Part shown: positions 8,755 through 16,805 of the stretch, piece after piece
Layout of the letters: each line of letters opens with the position of its first letter
How positions within the stretch are numbered: position 1 is the first letter of the stretch
Source of the DNA: Myxococcota bacterium
GTDB taxonomy: Bacteria; Myxococcota; XYA12-FULL-58-9; JABJBS01
Assembly: GCA_036339465.1 (NCBI GenBank)
Contig: JAYZAY010000035.1
Coordinates: 1 to 20,593, forward strand
DNA length: 20,593 nt
Direction of reading: 5' to 3'
Program-made: the position numbers and the translations under genes
The notes under the pieces: model-generated
Seen by the model: only the letters and a program-made list of their open reading frames with translations
Database searches by the model: none
Told to the model about the DNA's origin: nothing

Positions 8755-9804
8755 TCATCCTTTAAGGGAGTTTCGTAATTTTACAAGACCTTCGATGAAT
8801 TCGGGTCCAAGGCCACAGCACCCACCCACCAGCTGAACCCCGGATTCATCTATCCAAGTTTTGACCAATTCCATGGCATCTCCCATTTGGATTTCAGCGA
8901 AGACCCAATGGGGCATGGTGAAATGTCCGTGATCCGGATAGGCGCCCAGGGGACCGTTCCAACCAAATGCACGAACCAGTCTCAAAGTGGGAAGCATCGC
9001 GCTGAAATTTGTGTGCATAATGTTAATTCCCACCAAGTTCTTTCCGGCCAATTCTAAGAATTCTCGAAATACCTCCCGGGTAAAGAGGGTGGGGCCGCTT
9101 TCGGATTCGTCGGATCCCCGTAGGTAAATCTTTCCATCGGACGTGATTCGGGTCGAAATACCCAAGAAAATGGGCAAGCCACACCCGGCCGCAGCACGGA
9201 TGGCGCGGGGGGCGTGGTCTCTATTTTGCATCATTTCCAACCAAAGCATATCGCAGCTAGGGTCTCCCTGAATCATGCTTTCGGCGGCCTCTATATAGGC
9301 TTCTTCCTCTTTCATGGCGGGAGGGTAGCAGCTGTCGTTGCCGGCTTCTAAACCTGTTGGTATGGCAGGAGGATGGGTCGAAAGGGAACCGGCGATCCAT
9401 GGCCCTGCGGGTCTCATGGATTGAAAGCGCTCACCTGCTACATTGGCCAATCGAAGCGCTGCCCAGATAGCCCCTTGTGTGTCTGCGCCGAATTCCGCGG
9501 CATTCATGACGTTCCGATTTGTGGCATAGGTGTTGGCAATGATGATGTCTGCCCCGGCTTTTAAATAGGCTTCGTGGACTTCCTGAACAATGTTTGGTGC
9601 GGTTAGTTGGGCACAACTGCTCCATCCTTTGTTATCCATTTTCCCACCGCGCCGCTCAATTTCCGTGCCTGTGGCTCCATCGATAATGAGAAGATCTTGA
9701 CGCTCCAGTCGGTCTTTGAGTTGGGCCCATCGTCGCCAGGCTGATTCTTGATTGTGTTTAACGCGGGTGGTTATTTTTTCTGAAGTAGGGGCTGGCATAT
9801 TCAT
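8755..9804 (-). CDS. Homocysteine S-methyltransferase family protein (variant Zn site)
   Basis: IIDGATGTEI, VHEAYLKAGADIIIANTY, IAGSLS, GAYPD, LVGGCCGLGP. The usual GxNC motif reads GINIMH. Confidence 0.88.
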   Translation of the reverse strand: MNMPAPTSEKITTRVKHNQESAWRRWAQLKDRLERQDLLIIDGATGTEIERRGGKMDNKGWSSCAQLTAPNIVQEVHEAYLKAGADIIIANTYATNRNVMNAAEFGADTQGAIWAALRLANVAGERFQSMRPAGPWIAGSLSTHPPAIPTGLEAGNDSCYPPAMKEEEAYIEAAESMIQGDPSCDMLWLEMMQNRDHAPRAIRAAAGCGLPIFLGISTRITSDGKIYLRGSDESESGPTLFTREVFREFLELAGKNLVGINIMHTNFSAMLPTLRLVRAFGWNGPLGAYPDHGHFTMPHWVFAEIQMGDAMELVKTWIDESGVQLVGGCCGLGPEFIEGLVKLRNSLKG

Positions 9805-9963
9805 GGGGAATGCGGGTCCTTTGGGGCGGTGTCTTGGAGAGACGTAAATGACTTGATAGGGGTGACTGATTTGATGAAAGCCCCCGAAGGATGAAAGACC
9901 AGGTTAAGTCGGCGGCTCATGTCACCACTGCTTTTAGGGTGGCGTGGTATCGATACACGTCAA

Positions 9964-9988
9964 GGGGAGAATGGCTTCCACTCTTCCC
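9964..9988 (-). terminator. Hairpin directly downstream of the acyl-CoA dehydrogenase stop
   Basis: Minus strand GGGAAGAGTGG-AAG-CCATTCTCCCC: 11-position stem with one mismatch and one GU; only TT follows, so a weak terminator or stabilising hairpin. Confidence 0.35.
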
Positions 9989-9994
9989 AAGGGT

Positions 9995-11686
9995 TCAATA
10001 GGCGTCTTTCAGTGGAAGGACGTGATTTTCCCAGAGCCGATTAAACCTTTCGTGGTTGCGGAGTGGTTTCTGTATCATTGTCTGAAAGTAAGACTCCTGT
10101 TGGGTAGAAAGGTCATAGTTCAGGACCATTTCTAGGGCGTATTCGGAAAAATCGCGAATGAGAAGTGCGAAAATTTCTTCAAGGAGGTCTTCCTCAACTT
10201 GGTAGAGCTTGGCGTTTTCCAGGATGAGTTGGGCATAGGCTATCAAGGTGAAGAGTTCGCCGGCGGCCAGCATGAAATCCACGTTTTTGGCTTGTTCTTT
10301 GGTGGGGGGGGCTTTCAAAAGTATTTCTCGAAAGGTTTCCACCTGTTTTCTGAATTCTAAGACGTTTTCTGTTTCGATATTTTCGTAAGCATTTCGATAA
10401 TCGGGGAATTTGATGGTGCTAAGTTCACCATTAACCTGGTTGAAGAGGTAGGCATCATGGGTGGGTTGGTCCATTTTGGGTAGGTCGTTGTAGTTCACTG
10501 GTCCGAAGAAGTAATTCTGGATAAACTTGATAATGAGTGCCATATTGACATGGACCGTTCCCTCAAGTTTGGGGAGCATACCTATATCTCTAATGGCCAT
10601 TTCGAAGTACGTATCTTGCTCAAACCCCTTGGCAGCGATGATGTCATGGAGCAACCCCACGACTTTTTCCCCTTGGCTGGTTACTTTCATTTTCATGATG
10701 GGATTGAAAAGAAGGTACCTGCGGTCTTCAGGATTGGCGGCCCGCATGTAGTCAGCCGCGCGCATGCCAAATAGCTTCATGGCCGTAAGTCGGGTGTAGG
10801 CTTCGGTCAATAGGCGGCGAACATGGGGGAAGTCGGTTACCAATTGACCATATAGATTGCGGTTGGCCGCATGTTTAATGGCTTCATAGAACGCGTGTGT
10901 CGCGATTCCGATGGAAGCAAATCCCAGTTCGTATTTTCCGATGTTGACGGTGTTAAGAGCGGTGTTCCAGGCTTCTTTTCCCTGGCTCAATATTTCTTTT
11001 TCGGTGATGGGGTAGTCGCATAGTTCATATTCGGACACGTAGGCCTGCCGAACACCCGAGGTGTCGATTTTCTTAATGCACTTATAGTTTTCATGGGAAC
11101 TCTCGACGGCAAAGAAAACATACTCTCCGGTATCTGCAATTTTACCGAAGGTTGAAACCAAGGCGGCGCAGTTGCCGTTGCCGATGTAGTATTTTTTTCC
11201 CGATGCCAGATAGCTACCATCAGGTTGGCGATGGAGTTTCATACTGGTGGAATAAATGTCGGCACCGTGCTCCTTTTCCGAGAGGCCGAAGGCGAATATT
11301 CCCCCGTTCTTAAGCATGTTGGCCGCTTTTTTCTTAAGAGCTTCATTATTGCTCATCCAAATAGGACCGAGTCCGAGAATGGTGACTTGCCAGGTATACC
11401 AATAACAGAGTCCGTAAAATCCCAGGATTTCGTTAAATTCACTGATGCGCCACATGTCCCAACGGGCGTTTTCATCATCTGCTATTTTGGGGGTGAGAAG
11501 GGTTGAGAAGATCTCGTGCTCTTTAACAAAAGCCAGAAAATCATCGTACCAAATCATGGACTGGTCGTCTTTTTTAATTTGCTCCAGTCCTTTATTCTCG
11601 AAAAATGCCATGGTTTTAGCAGCAATTTCTCGAGACTTTTCGCAGTTGTGGTTTCGCTGATAATTTTTTGGGTTCAGTAGAAGCAT
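9995..11686 (-). CDS. Acyl-CoA dehydrogenase, mycobacterial FadE4-like subfamily
   Basis: Start moved to MLLLNPKNY (SD AAGGGAG). FAFGLSEKEHGAD, GKKYYIGNG, ALNTVNIGK, RNLYGQLVTDFPHV, IAAKGFE, LPKLEGTVHVN (catalytic Glu position). Subfamily assignment is from recall. Confidence 0.92.
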   Translation of the reverse strand: MLLLNPKNYQRNHNCEKSREIAAKTMAFFENKGLEQIKKDDQSMIWYDDFLAFVKEHEIFSTLLTPKIADDENARWDMWRISEFNEILGFYGLCYWYTWQVTILGLGPIWMSNNEALKKKAANMLKNGGIFAFGLSEKEHGADIYSTSMKLHRQPDGSYLASGKKYYIGNGNCAALVSTFGKIADTGEYVFFAVESSHENYKCIKKIDTSGVRQAYVSEYELCDYPITEKEILSQGKEAWNTALNTVNIGKYELGFASIGIATHAFYEAIKHAANRNLYGQLVTDFPHVRRLLTEAYTRLTAMKLFGMRAADYMRAANPEDRRYLLFNPIMKMKVTSQGEKVVGLLHDIIAAKGFEQDTYFEMAIRDIGMLPKLEGTVHVNMALIIKFIQNYFFGPVNYNDLPKMDQPTHDAYLFNQVNGELSTIKFPDYRNAYENIETENVLEFRKQVETFREILLKAPPTKEQAKNVDFMLAAGELFTLIAYAQLILENAKLYQVEEDLLEEIFALLIRDFSEYALEMVLNYDLSTQQESYFQTMIQKPLRNHERFNRLWENHVLPLKDAY

Positions 11687-11868
11687 TCCATCTCCCTTAG
11701 GTTCAGAGACCGGAATAGAGATTCTGGAGGCAATCCGCAAGAATCTTTTTAATACCTACTGAGATGTGGTTTGTGGAGCGATACTGTGAAGGTTAAGGTC
11801 TGTGCCTTAATATGCCAAACCCCGGTTGGGAATTGGGGCCTAGAACCCATGTGCCGTATTGAAGGAAC

Positions 11869-13770
11869 TTAGGGTGTTACCGTTGGATCACCGTGATTGA
11901 TTCCGTTTTTATTAATGAACACTTGGGTGCTGTATTCTTCAGGGGAAGGTTTTTTGAGGGTTGGGCTGTTTTTTAGCCACCGAAGGAGGTTCCCAGCATA
12001 TTCCATGAAAGTATCTTCCCGGTTCTTCACATTGCCGAAGGTTCGGTAACCATCTTTGCCGGTCGCAATAGCACTGGTGGTGACCACGATATAGGAATCG
12101 TCGTCTTTTACTTGGAACCATTCGAGGGCTCCCTTGGGCTTTGCTTCCAGTTTCGTGATTCGTGTGCCCCGCGGGTTGGTCATGTTGACATGCCATCGAA
12201 GTCCCCACGCATATGGATAGGCTTCCAGCGAGCCTTGGGGGTTGACGGTGTAAGACAGTGCATCCTCTAGAACCGTCTTTAGTTCTTTCCCTGTTAGTTC
12301 GAGATTTACAAGGGTGTTGGCCAAGGGGAGCAGCTCATAGACGTCATTTACGGTGATATCTCCGGCGGGAATTGCTTTGCGAACACCATCGGCATTCAAG
12401 ATGGCGACTTGGGCCCGATTGCTCTGATCCCGGAATGCTCTCGCCACAATGTGTGTGATGTCACTGCCGGTTTGATACACTTCTTCATCGGTACAAACGG
12501 TGCTGTCTTTGTTTTCGCCGGGCTCTCTCGCGAGGCACAGGGGTTGTGTGGCGCTACCGATAACCAGGCTTTTACGGTTTTCCACTTGTGTTTGATAGAG
12601 ACCCAGGATTTCTTGGACATGGGGGTCCGGCACCACGATGGAGAGCTCCTTGGTCATTTCAATATACTGGAGGATATTCTCATGGGTGGCGCTGTCAACA
12701 GGAACGAGTTCATCGGATGTTTCGTCGAGTTTTGAAAAGGTGTCGCCGAGTAATAGGTGGGGTGTACCCATGCATGATTTAACGCGCCCAGATGCATCGA
12801 AAGTAACATCCAATTCACCTAAGACATTGGAATATTGCCACGCTTGGACAATACAGACTTTATTGCCAGCGGCGTCCTGTTTTTGGGTGGGGTAGCGACC
12901 TTCAGGGTGTAGGCCAACTTCTTGGAATTTGTAACCGAGCAACGAATGGGAGTCGCCCCCGACGATGACATCTACGCCATGAAGTTTTTCTGCGAGGAGC
13001 AGATCATTAGCGTATTGGTAATGGGTCATTAGGATGATTTTATTGATTCCCTGGGCCTCAAGTTCATCAATGTATTTTTGGGCGGTGGCCACTTCGTCTA
13101 AGAAGCGCGTGGTATCTGAGGGATTGGATGAGGTGACGGTTTTGGTGACAATATCGATGCCAATAATGCCTACTTTGTGTTTTACGTCCTCATTAATTCC
13201 GTCTTCATTGATTCCGTCCTCTTCGATTCCGAGCTCTTTGATGATGTAGGGCTTGATATAGTCATTGACACCGGATGGTGCCAGCGGCGTGCCTACTTCG
13301 GGGACCACGTTGGCGGCAAGGGCTGGGGTATGGCAGGCGCCGGCGTTGAGGTGGTCTAGGAAATTTTGAAGGGCTGCCTCACCGAGGTCGAATTCATGAT
13401 TACCGAGGGCGAATGCGTCAAAGCATATTTCATTCATGAGCTTGGCGTCCGCCTCGCCTTCAAGGAGGGCGTAGAAGGGGGTTCCCGTAATCGCATCGCC
13501 GGCATGGAGTTTTAGAGTGTGGGGGTGGTCGGCGCTGAGTTCGCGGAATTTAGTGGTTAGACGCGGAAAGCCACCCATTTCGACTTTTGTGTCTTCACCC
13601 AAGAGTTTGAGATTGGCTCCCATATTGGGGGCCAAGTGCGAGTGATGGTCGTTGATATGTAGAATTTTGAGATTCAACTCACCTTGACTGTCTAGGGGCT
13701 CTTCAGAATAGGCGCAAAAAGTTGTCGCCAGGAGGACAGTGACGCAAACGATGCCACGAAAAAGACGCAT
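11869..13770 (-). CDS. Secreted 5'-nucleotidase / NadN-like metallophosphoesterase
   Basis: Start moved to MRLFRGIVCVTVLLATTFCAYS (signal peptide, SD AAAGGA). ILHINDHHSH, HAGDAITG, LGNHEFD, MTH, VGGDSH (NadN-type); C-terminal 5'-nucleotidase domain (NADGVR, GKDGY). Confidence 0.9.
   Translation of the reverse strand: MRLFRGIVCVTVLLATTFCAYSEEPLDSQGELNLKILHINDHHSHLAPNMGANLKLLGEDTKVEMGGFPRLTTKFRELSADHPHTLKLHAGDAITGTPFYALLEGEADAKLMNEICFDAFALGNHEFDLGEAALQNFLDHLNAGACHTPALAANVVPEVGTPLAPSGVNDYIKPYIIKELGIEEDGINEDGINEDVKHKVGIIGIDIVTKTVTSSNPSDTTRFLDEVATAQKYIDELEAQGINKIILMTHYQYANDLLLAEKLHGVDVIVGGDSHSLLGYKFQEVGLHPEGRYPTQKQDAAGNKVCIVQAWQYSNVLGELDVTFDASGRVKSCMGTPHLLLGDTFSKLDETSDELVPVDSATHENILQYIEMTKELSIVVPDPHVQEILGLYQTQVENRKSLVIGSATQPLCLAREPGENKDSTVCTDEEVYQTGSDITHIVARAFRDQSNRAQVAILNADGVRKAIPAGDITVNDVYELLPLANTLVNLELTGKELKTVLEDALSYTVNPQGSLEAYPYAWGLRWHVNMTNPRGTRITKLEAKPKGALEWFQVKDDDSYIVVTTSAIATGKDGYRTFGNVKNREDTFMEYAGNLLRWLKNSPTLKKPSPEEYSTQVFINKNGINHGDPTVTP
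13186..13230. repeat. 3 x 15-bp imperfect tandem repeat inside the nucleotidase gene
   Basis: gtcctcattaattcc / gtcttcattgattcc / gtcctcttcgattcc; encodes GIEED-GINED-GINED on the minus strand. Confidence 0.9.
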
Positions 13771-13900
13771 ATCAACGGTTCCTTTGGGTAAGTCTGAAGT
13801 CTTGCAGCTACCTAAGAAGTTGATTGTTTGCAATGCTTTATTTCGCTTTTCAGGGAATAATTGTTCGCTGAATGGGTGGGTTTGGGCTTGATGATTCAAA

Positions 13901-15793
13901 CTAAAGTCCGAGTTGGCAGGCCAAAGGAGCAGGAATGAAGAAATGGGTGACACTGATGGCGGGATTCCGGCCATTTTTGGGTCGATAGGGGAAGATGGTC
14001 CGGCTTCGACTGCAGTATTTGGGTAGGCGCACATAGCCCACTTGGGACAAGCAGCTCGACCAACTGCTCAGGAGGGGTTTTCCATGTTTGGGCACGGGGG
14101 CTTCTTGCGCGGGCCGAAGCAGTTGCCCCGAGCGCTCATGGCAGTAGCGGAATCCGGCGTGGTAGGTGTTCCAAGCGGTTTGTAGAAGGTCGTCATCGAG
14201 CAGTGCATTTTCCTCGGTGAAAATCAGAACCATGCCGGCATCGTGATATTCTCGGAAGACGCTTTTAATCGCCTCATCGGTTCGACTTTGGATTTCATGG
14301 AAGCCGTTGCCCACGATCATGACCGCATTCTGATAGGAGCTCGATATTTGGGTTAGGGCATTGAGCACCGCGGCCGGTTGACCGATGTCAGCATCTCGAA
14401 CGAAGACCATTGAATTTGGTAGATTGCCTTTGTCTCGCTCGTCCATGGCTGCGTCGATGGCAGTATCTTCTAGATCAGCACCGATATAGTTGAGCCTTGA
14501 TGGTTTTTTCTCGGTTTTTTCGCGCTCGAAGCGTTGCCGGGTGGCCTCGCCCCGTCCCAATGCGTGTTCGATGAACACGTCATACCTAAAGCCGGTATCC
14601 TTGGTGAATTGGTCGAGCGCGTCGTTGGCTTGCTCAAATGAGCGGCGATTGGCGGTTTGACTGGCCGCAATGTTGCCTTCCCGTGCGACGTGCACCGAGC
14701 CTTTTCCCTCAACGAGGATGCTGGGAAGAACTTGGAGGTATGGGAAGTAAGCTTCAATGATTCCGTGGGGGCTAGGACCTCTCGTGAGCATGCGTTTGCC
14801 GAGGGGGCTCAAAGTGTTGGGCTTATGGTAACCCGGTTCAATGACCCCGGCTTTAACCAAACATTGTTGTACCCCACGTTGTAACATCTCAGGCAGATGA
14901 TGGAGGAGCTCCGGCTGCAGGGCCTCGGCGCTTAATATCTTTGCACCTAAGCCGGAGCTGTGGATACCGAGGGCTAGGGGGAGATAAAGATACCCCATTT
15001 CAATCTCGGAGGGATCGGCTACCCACCCGTGGTTTTTTTCCTGTTCGAAAGATGGAAGTTCTTTGAGCAATGAGAGAAGTGTTTCCTGTTCTGTGTTCCT
15101 TAGGCTTTCACCACTTAATGCACTTCGCCACAGTTGAGAAGTACGGGTATGGATGGTTTTGGGGAGTGACTGAATTGTGGAGAATACATTTTGTGCGGTG
15201 GGATGTGCTGACAGCCGGTAGTGTCCGCCTTGGTCTTCGAGATAACCACGACTCACGAGGAAACGGAGGTCAATTTCTAACTCTTCGGGTATGGGTCTAA
15301 ACCGGCGGTTATTGATGGATAATTCTAGTGTTTGAAGTGGGGCCCCATCTGTCTGAAGCAGCTGTTGGGTAAGGCCTAATTCATAGAAATAACCGAGGAT
15401 ATGTCTGAGTAACCACAGGTCCGAAGGCGCGGTTATTGCCGCCGTATTGATAACGCTGCGGACAACTTGGGCGGCTAGGTCAAATAGCCGAATGTCGTTT
15501 GGCGAAAGTTCGTTGCCCTTCGCAGCATGAACTTTTGCTGTAAAATACGATAAGTCATGAAGGGATTGGCGGCCGCGGCAAAATAGTTGAGGCACGCTGT
15601 CTCTGAGCTGGCGATAGGCGCCAACGGGTAAGTAGGCGTATCCGGTACTGGATAAGGTTGCTTTCGAAGTGAGGATGGGGATGAGGTGTTTTTCCTGGGT
15701 TTTGGCTTGGGTTGAAATAGACGTTTTGAGGAACTCTTCAAGTGCCGTCATGGTAAAAGGATAGCACAAATATTGAGGGGTCGAAGTAGTCAT
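13901..15793 (-). CDS. Large hypothetical protein, probable stand-alone AprA MT1-like class I methyltransferase
   Basis: Long ORF, start uncertain (15838, 15793 or 15751). Winged-helix-like DLRFLVSRGYL; HVAREGNIAAS; Rossmann elements IEHALGRG, YIGADL, DADIGQP, GNGFHE; CHERSGQ. The CDS itself is secure; the function is inferred. Confidence 0.65.
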   Translation of the reverse strand: MTTSTPQYLCYPFTMTALEEFLKTSISTQAKTQEKHLIPILTSKATLSSTGYAYLPVGAYRQLRDSVPQLFCRGRQSLHDLSYFTAKVHAAKGNELSPNDIRLFDLAAQVVRSVINTAAITAPSDLWLLRHILGYFYELGLTQQLLQTDGAPLQTLELSINNRRFRPIPEELEIDLRFLVSRGYLEDQGGHYRLSAHPTAQNVFSTIQSLPKTIHTRTSQLWRSALSGESLRNTEQETLLSLLKELPSFEQEKNHGWVADPSEIEMGYLYLPLALGIHSSGLGAKILSAEALQPELLHHLPEMLQRGVQQCLVKAGVIEPGYHKPNTLSPLGKRMLTRGPSPHGIIEAYFPYLQVLPSILVEGKGSVHVAREGNIAASQTANRRSFEQANDALDQFTKDTGFRYDVFIEHALGRGEATRQRFEREKTEKKPSRLNYIGADLEDTAIDAAMDERDKGNLPNSMVFVRDADIGQPAAVLNALTQISSSYQNAVMIVGNGFHEIQSRTDEAIKSVFREYHDAGMVLIFTEENALLDDDLLQTAWNTYHAGFRYCHERSGQLLRPAQEAPVPKHGKPLLSSWSSCLSQVGYVRLPKYCSRSRTIFPYRPKNGRNPAISVTHFFIPAPLACQLGL

Positions 15794-15832
15794 CGCAACT
15801 ATCTTCGGCCTTTTTGTGGGGTTGTTTTGGCA

Positions 15833-15856
15833 GGGCATTTTGGGGCATTTTGGGGC
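15833..15856. repeat. Short tandem repeat (GGGCATTTTG) x2.4
   Basis: gggcattttg gggcattttg gggc, read directly. Confidence 0.7.
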
Positions 15857-16279
15857 TCATGAACTATTCTCATCTACGGCTTGTTTGGGATTTGAGTCAC
15901 TGCCCAAGACAAGAGTAGCAAGCTTGTTTTAAGCTCTCCTGCTTTATCCTGTCTCTCCAAAACTGAGGGCCGTGTGTGGGGGGGCGTCAATTTGAGTGAA
16001 CTGTCGTTTCTTGATCGGATTGGCGCCTTTTTGGGGCTGGGCGAATGGCTCTTTGAGGACAGGATCCCAAAGGTCTCGGACGGGCAATGGACTGGGCCTG
16101 TCGCGCGGGTGGGGGCCGGTGCTGCCTATAGCCTGTGTCGTTTCGGGGGTGGCAGGACCGGATGGCGGAAAAACAATCCATTCTAAATGATTACGATTGC
16201 GTATATGCAGTGTCTTGGCGCGTTGTAGCCCTCATTCCAATTGTGGGATGGGGTAGACCTTCGTTTAGAGCGGCGTTTT

Positions 16280-16711
16280 CTATGTATCGCGGTCAGGTTT
16301 TTTTCGGAGCGTCTTGGTGGCACCCCGTGCTTTTTTCGCGTGAACGCGCCGTTTTTTGGAACCGAAAGTGGGTTTTGTTTCAATGCGTCTTTTGGGCATT
16401 TTAAGGGCATCTACGACGATTTCACGCAGCCTTTCTTGGGCAATGGTTTTGTTTCGATGCTGGTTTCTGCTTTCCTCTACATTGATTTGGAGGACGCCCT
16501 CTTCGGTGAGTCGGTAACCGATCTTTTTGATGGCCCGTCGTTTTTGAGGTGGTGTTAATGCCTGGGTGTTTTTAAGGGACCAGTGAAGGGTGATTCGTGA
16601 ACTCGTTTTATTGGCATGTTGGCCCCCCGGACCGGAGGAACGGCTTGCCGTGTAAATAAGTTCATAGGAGGGGATGGCAATGCCCTCTTTGATGAATAAG
16701 TCATCGCTCAT
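16280..16711 (-). CDS. arfB: Alternative ribosome-rescue peptidyl-tRNA hydrolase ArfB (YaeJ)
   Basis: SRSSGPGGQHANKTSS (GGQ), RNQHRNK, basic tail PKRRIETKPTFGSKKRRVHAKKARGATKTLR. Confidence 0.95.
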   Translation of the reverse strand: MSDDLFIKEGIAIPSYELIYTASRSSGPGGQHANKTSSRITLHWSLKNTQALTPPQKRRAIKKIGYRLTEEGVLQINVEESRNQHRNKTIAQERLREIVVDALKMPKRRIETKPTFGSKKRRVHAKKARGATKTLRKKPDRDT

Positions 16712-16805
16712 ATACGTGACATTTTAGCATTTGAATGGAAAAACTACGACCCCTGCCCTTGCGTTAGCATTTGAAGTTCATAGAATGGGCGCCAGGAGTA
16801 TACAA

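Noticed and set aside
9805..9994. SAM or SAH riboswitch upstream of the HMT gene
   Set aside because: No SAM-I, SAM-II or SAH consensus recognised on the coding strand; only a short GATGAAAG direct repeat and a small palindrome. An Rfam scan would settle it.
11719..11750. Hairpin plus T-run as terminator for the nucleotidase
   Set aside because: The T-run is on the + strand whereas both flanking genes are on the - strand; the stem is bulged.
13771..14034. 88-aa extension of the nucleotidase overlapping the upstream gene
   Set aside because: Signal peptide and SD place the start at 13770.
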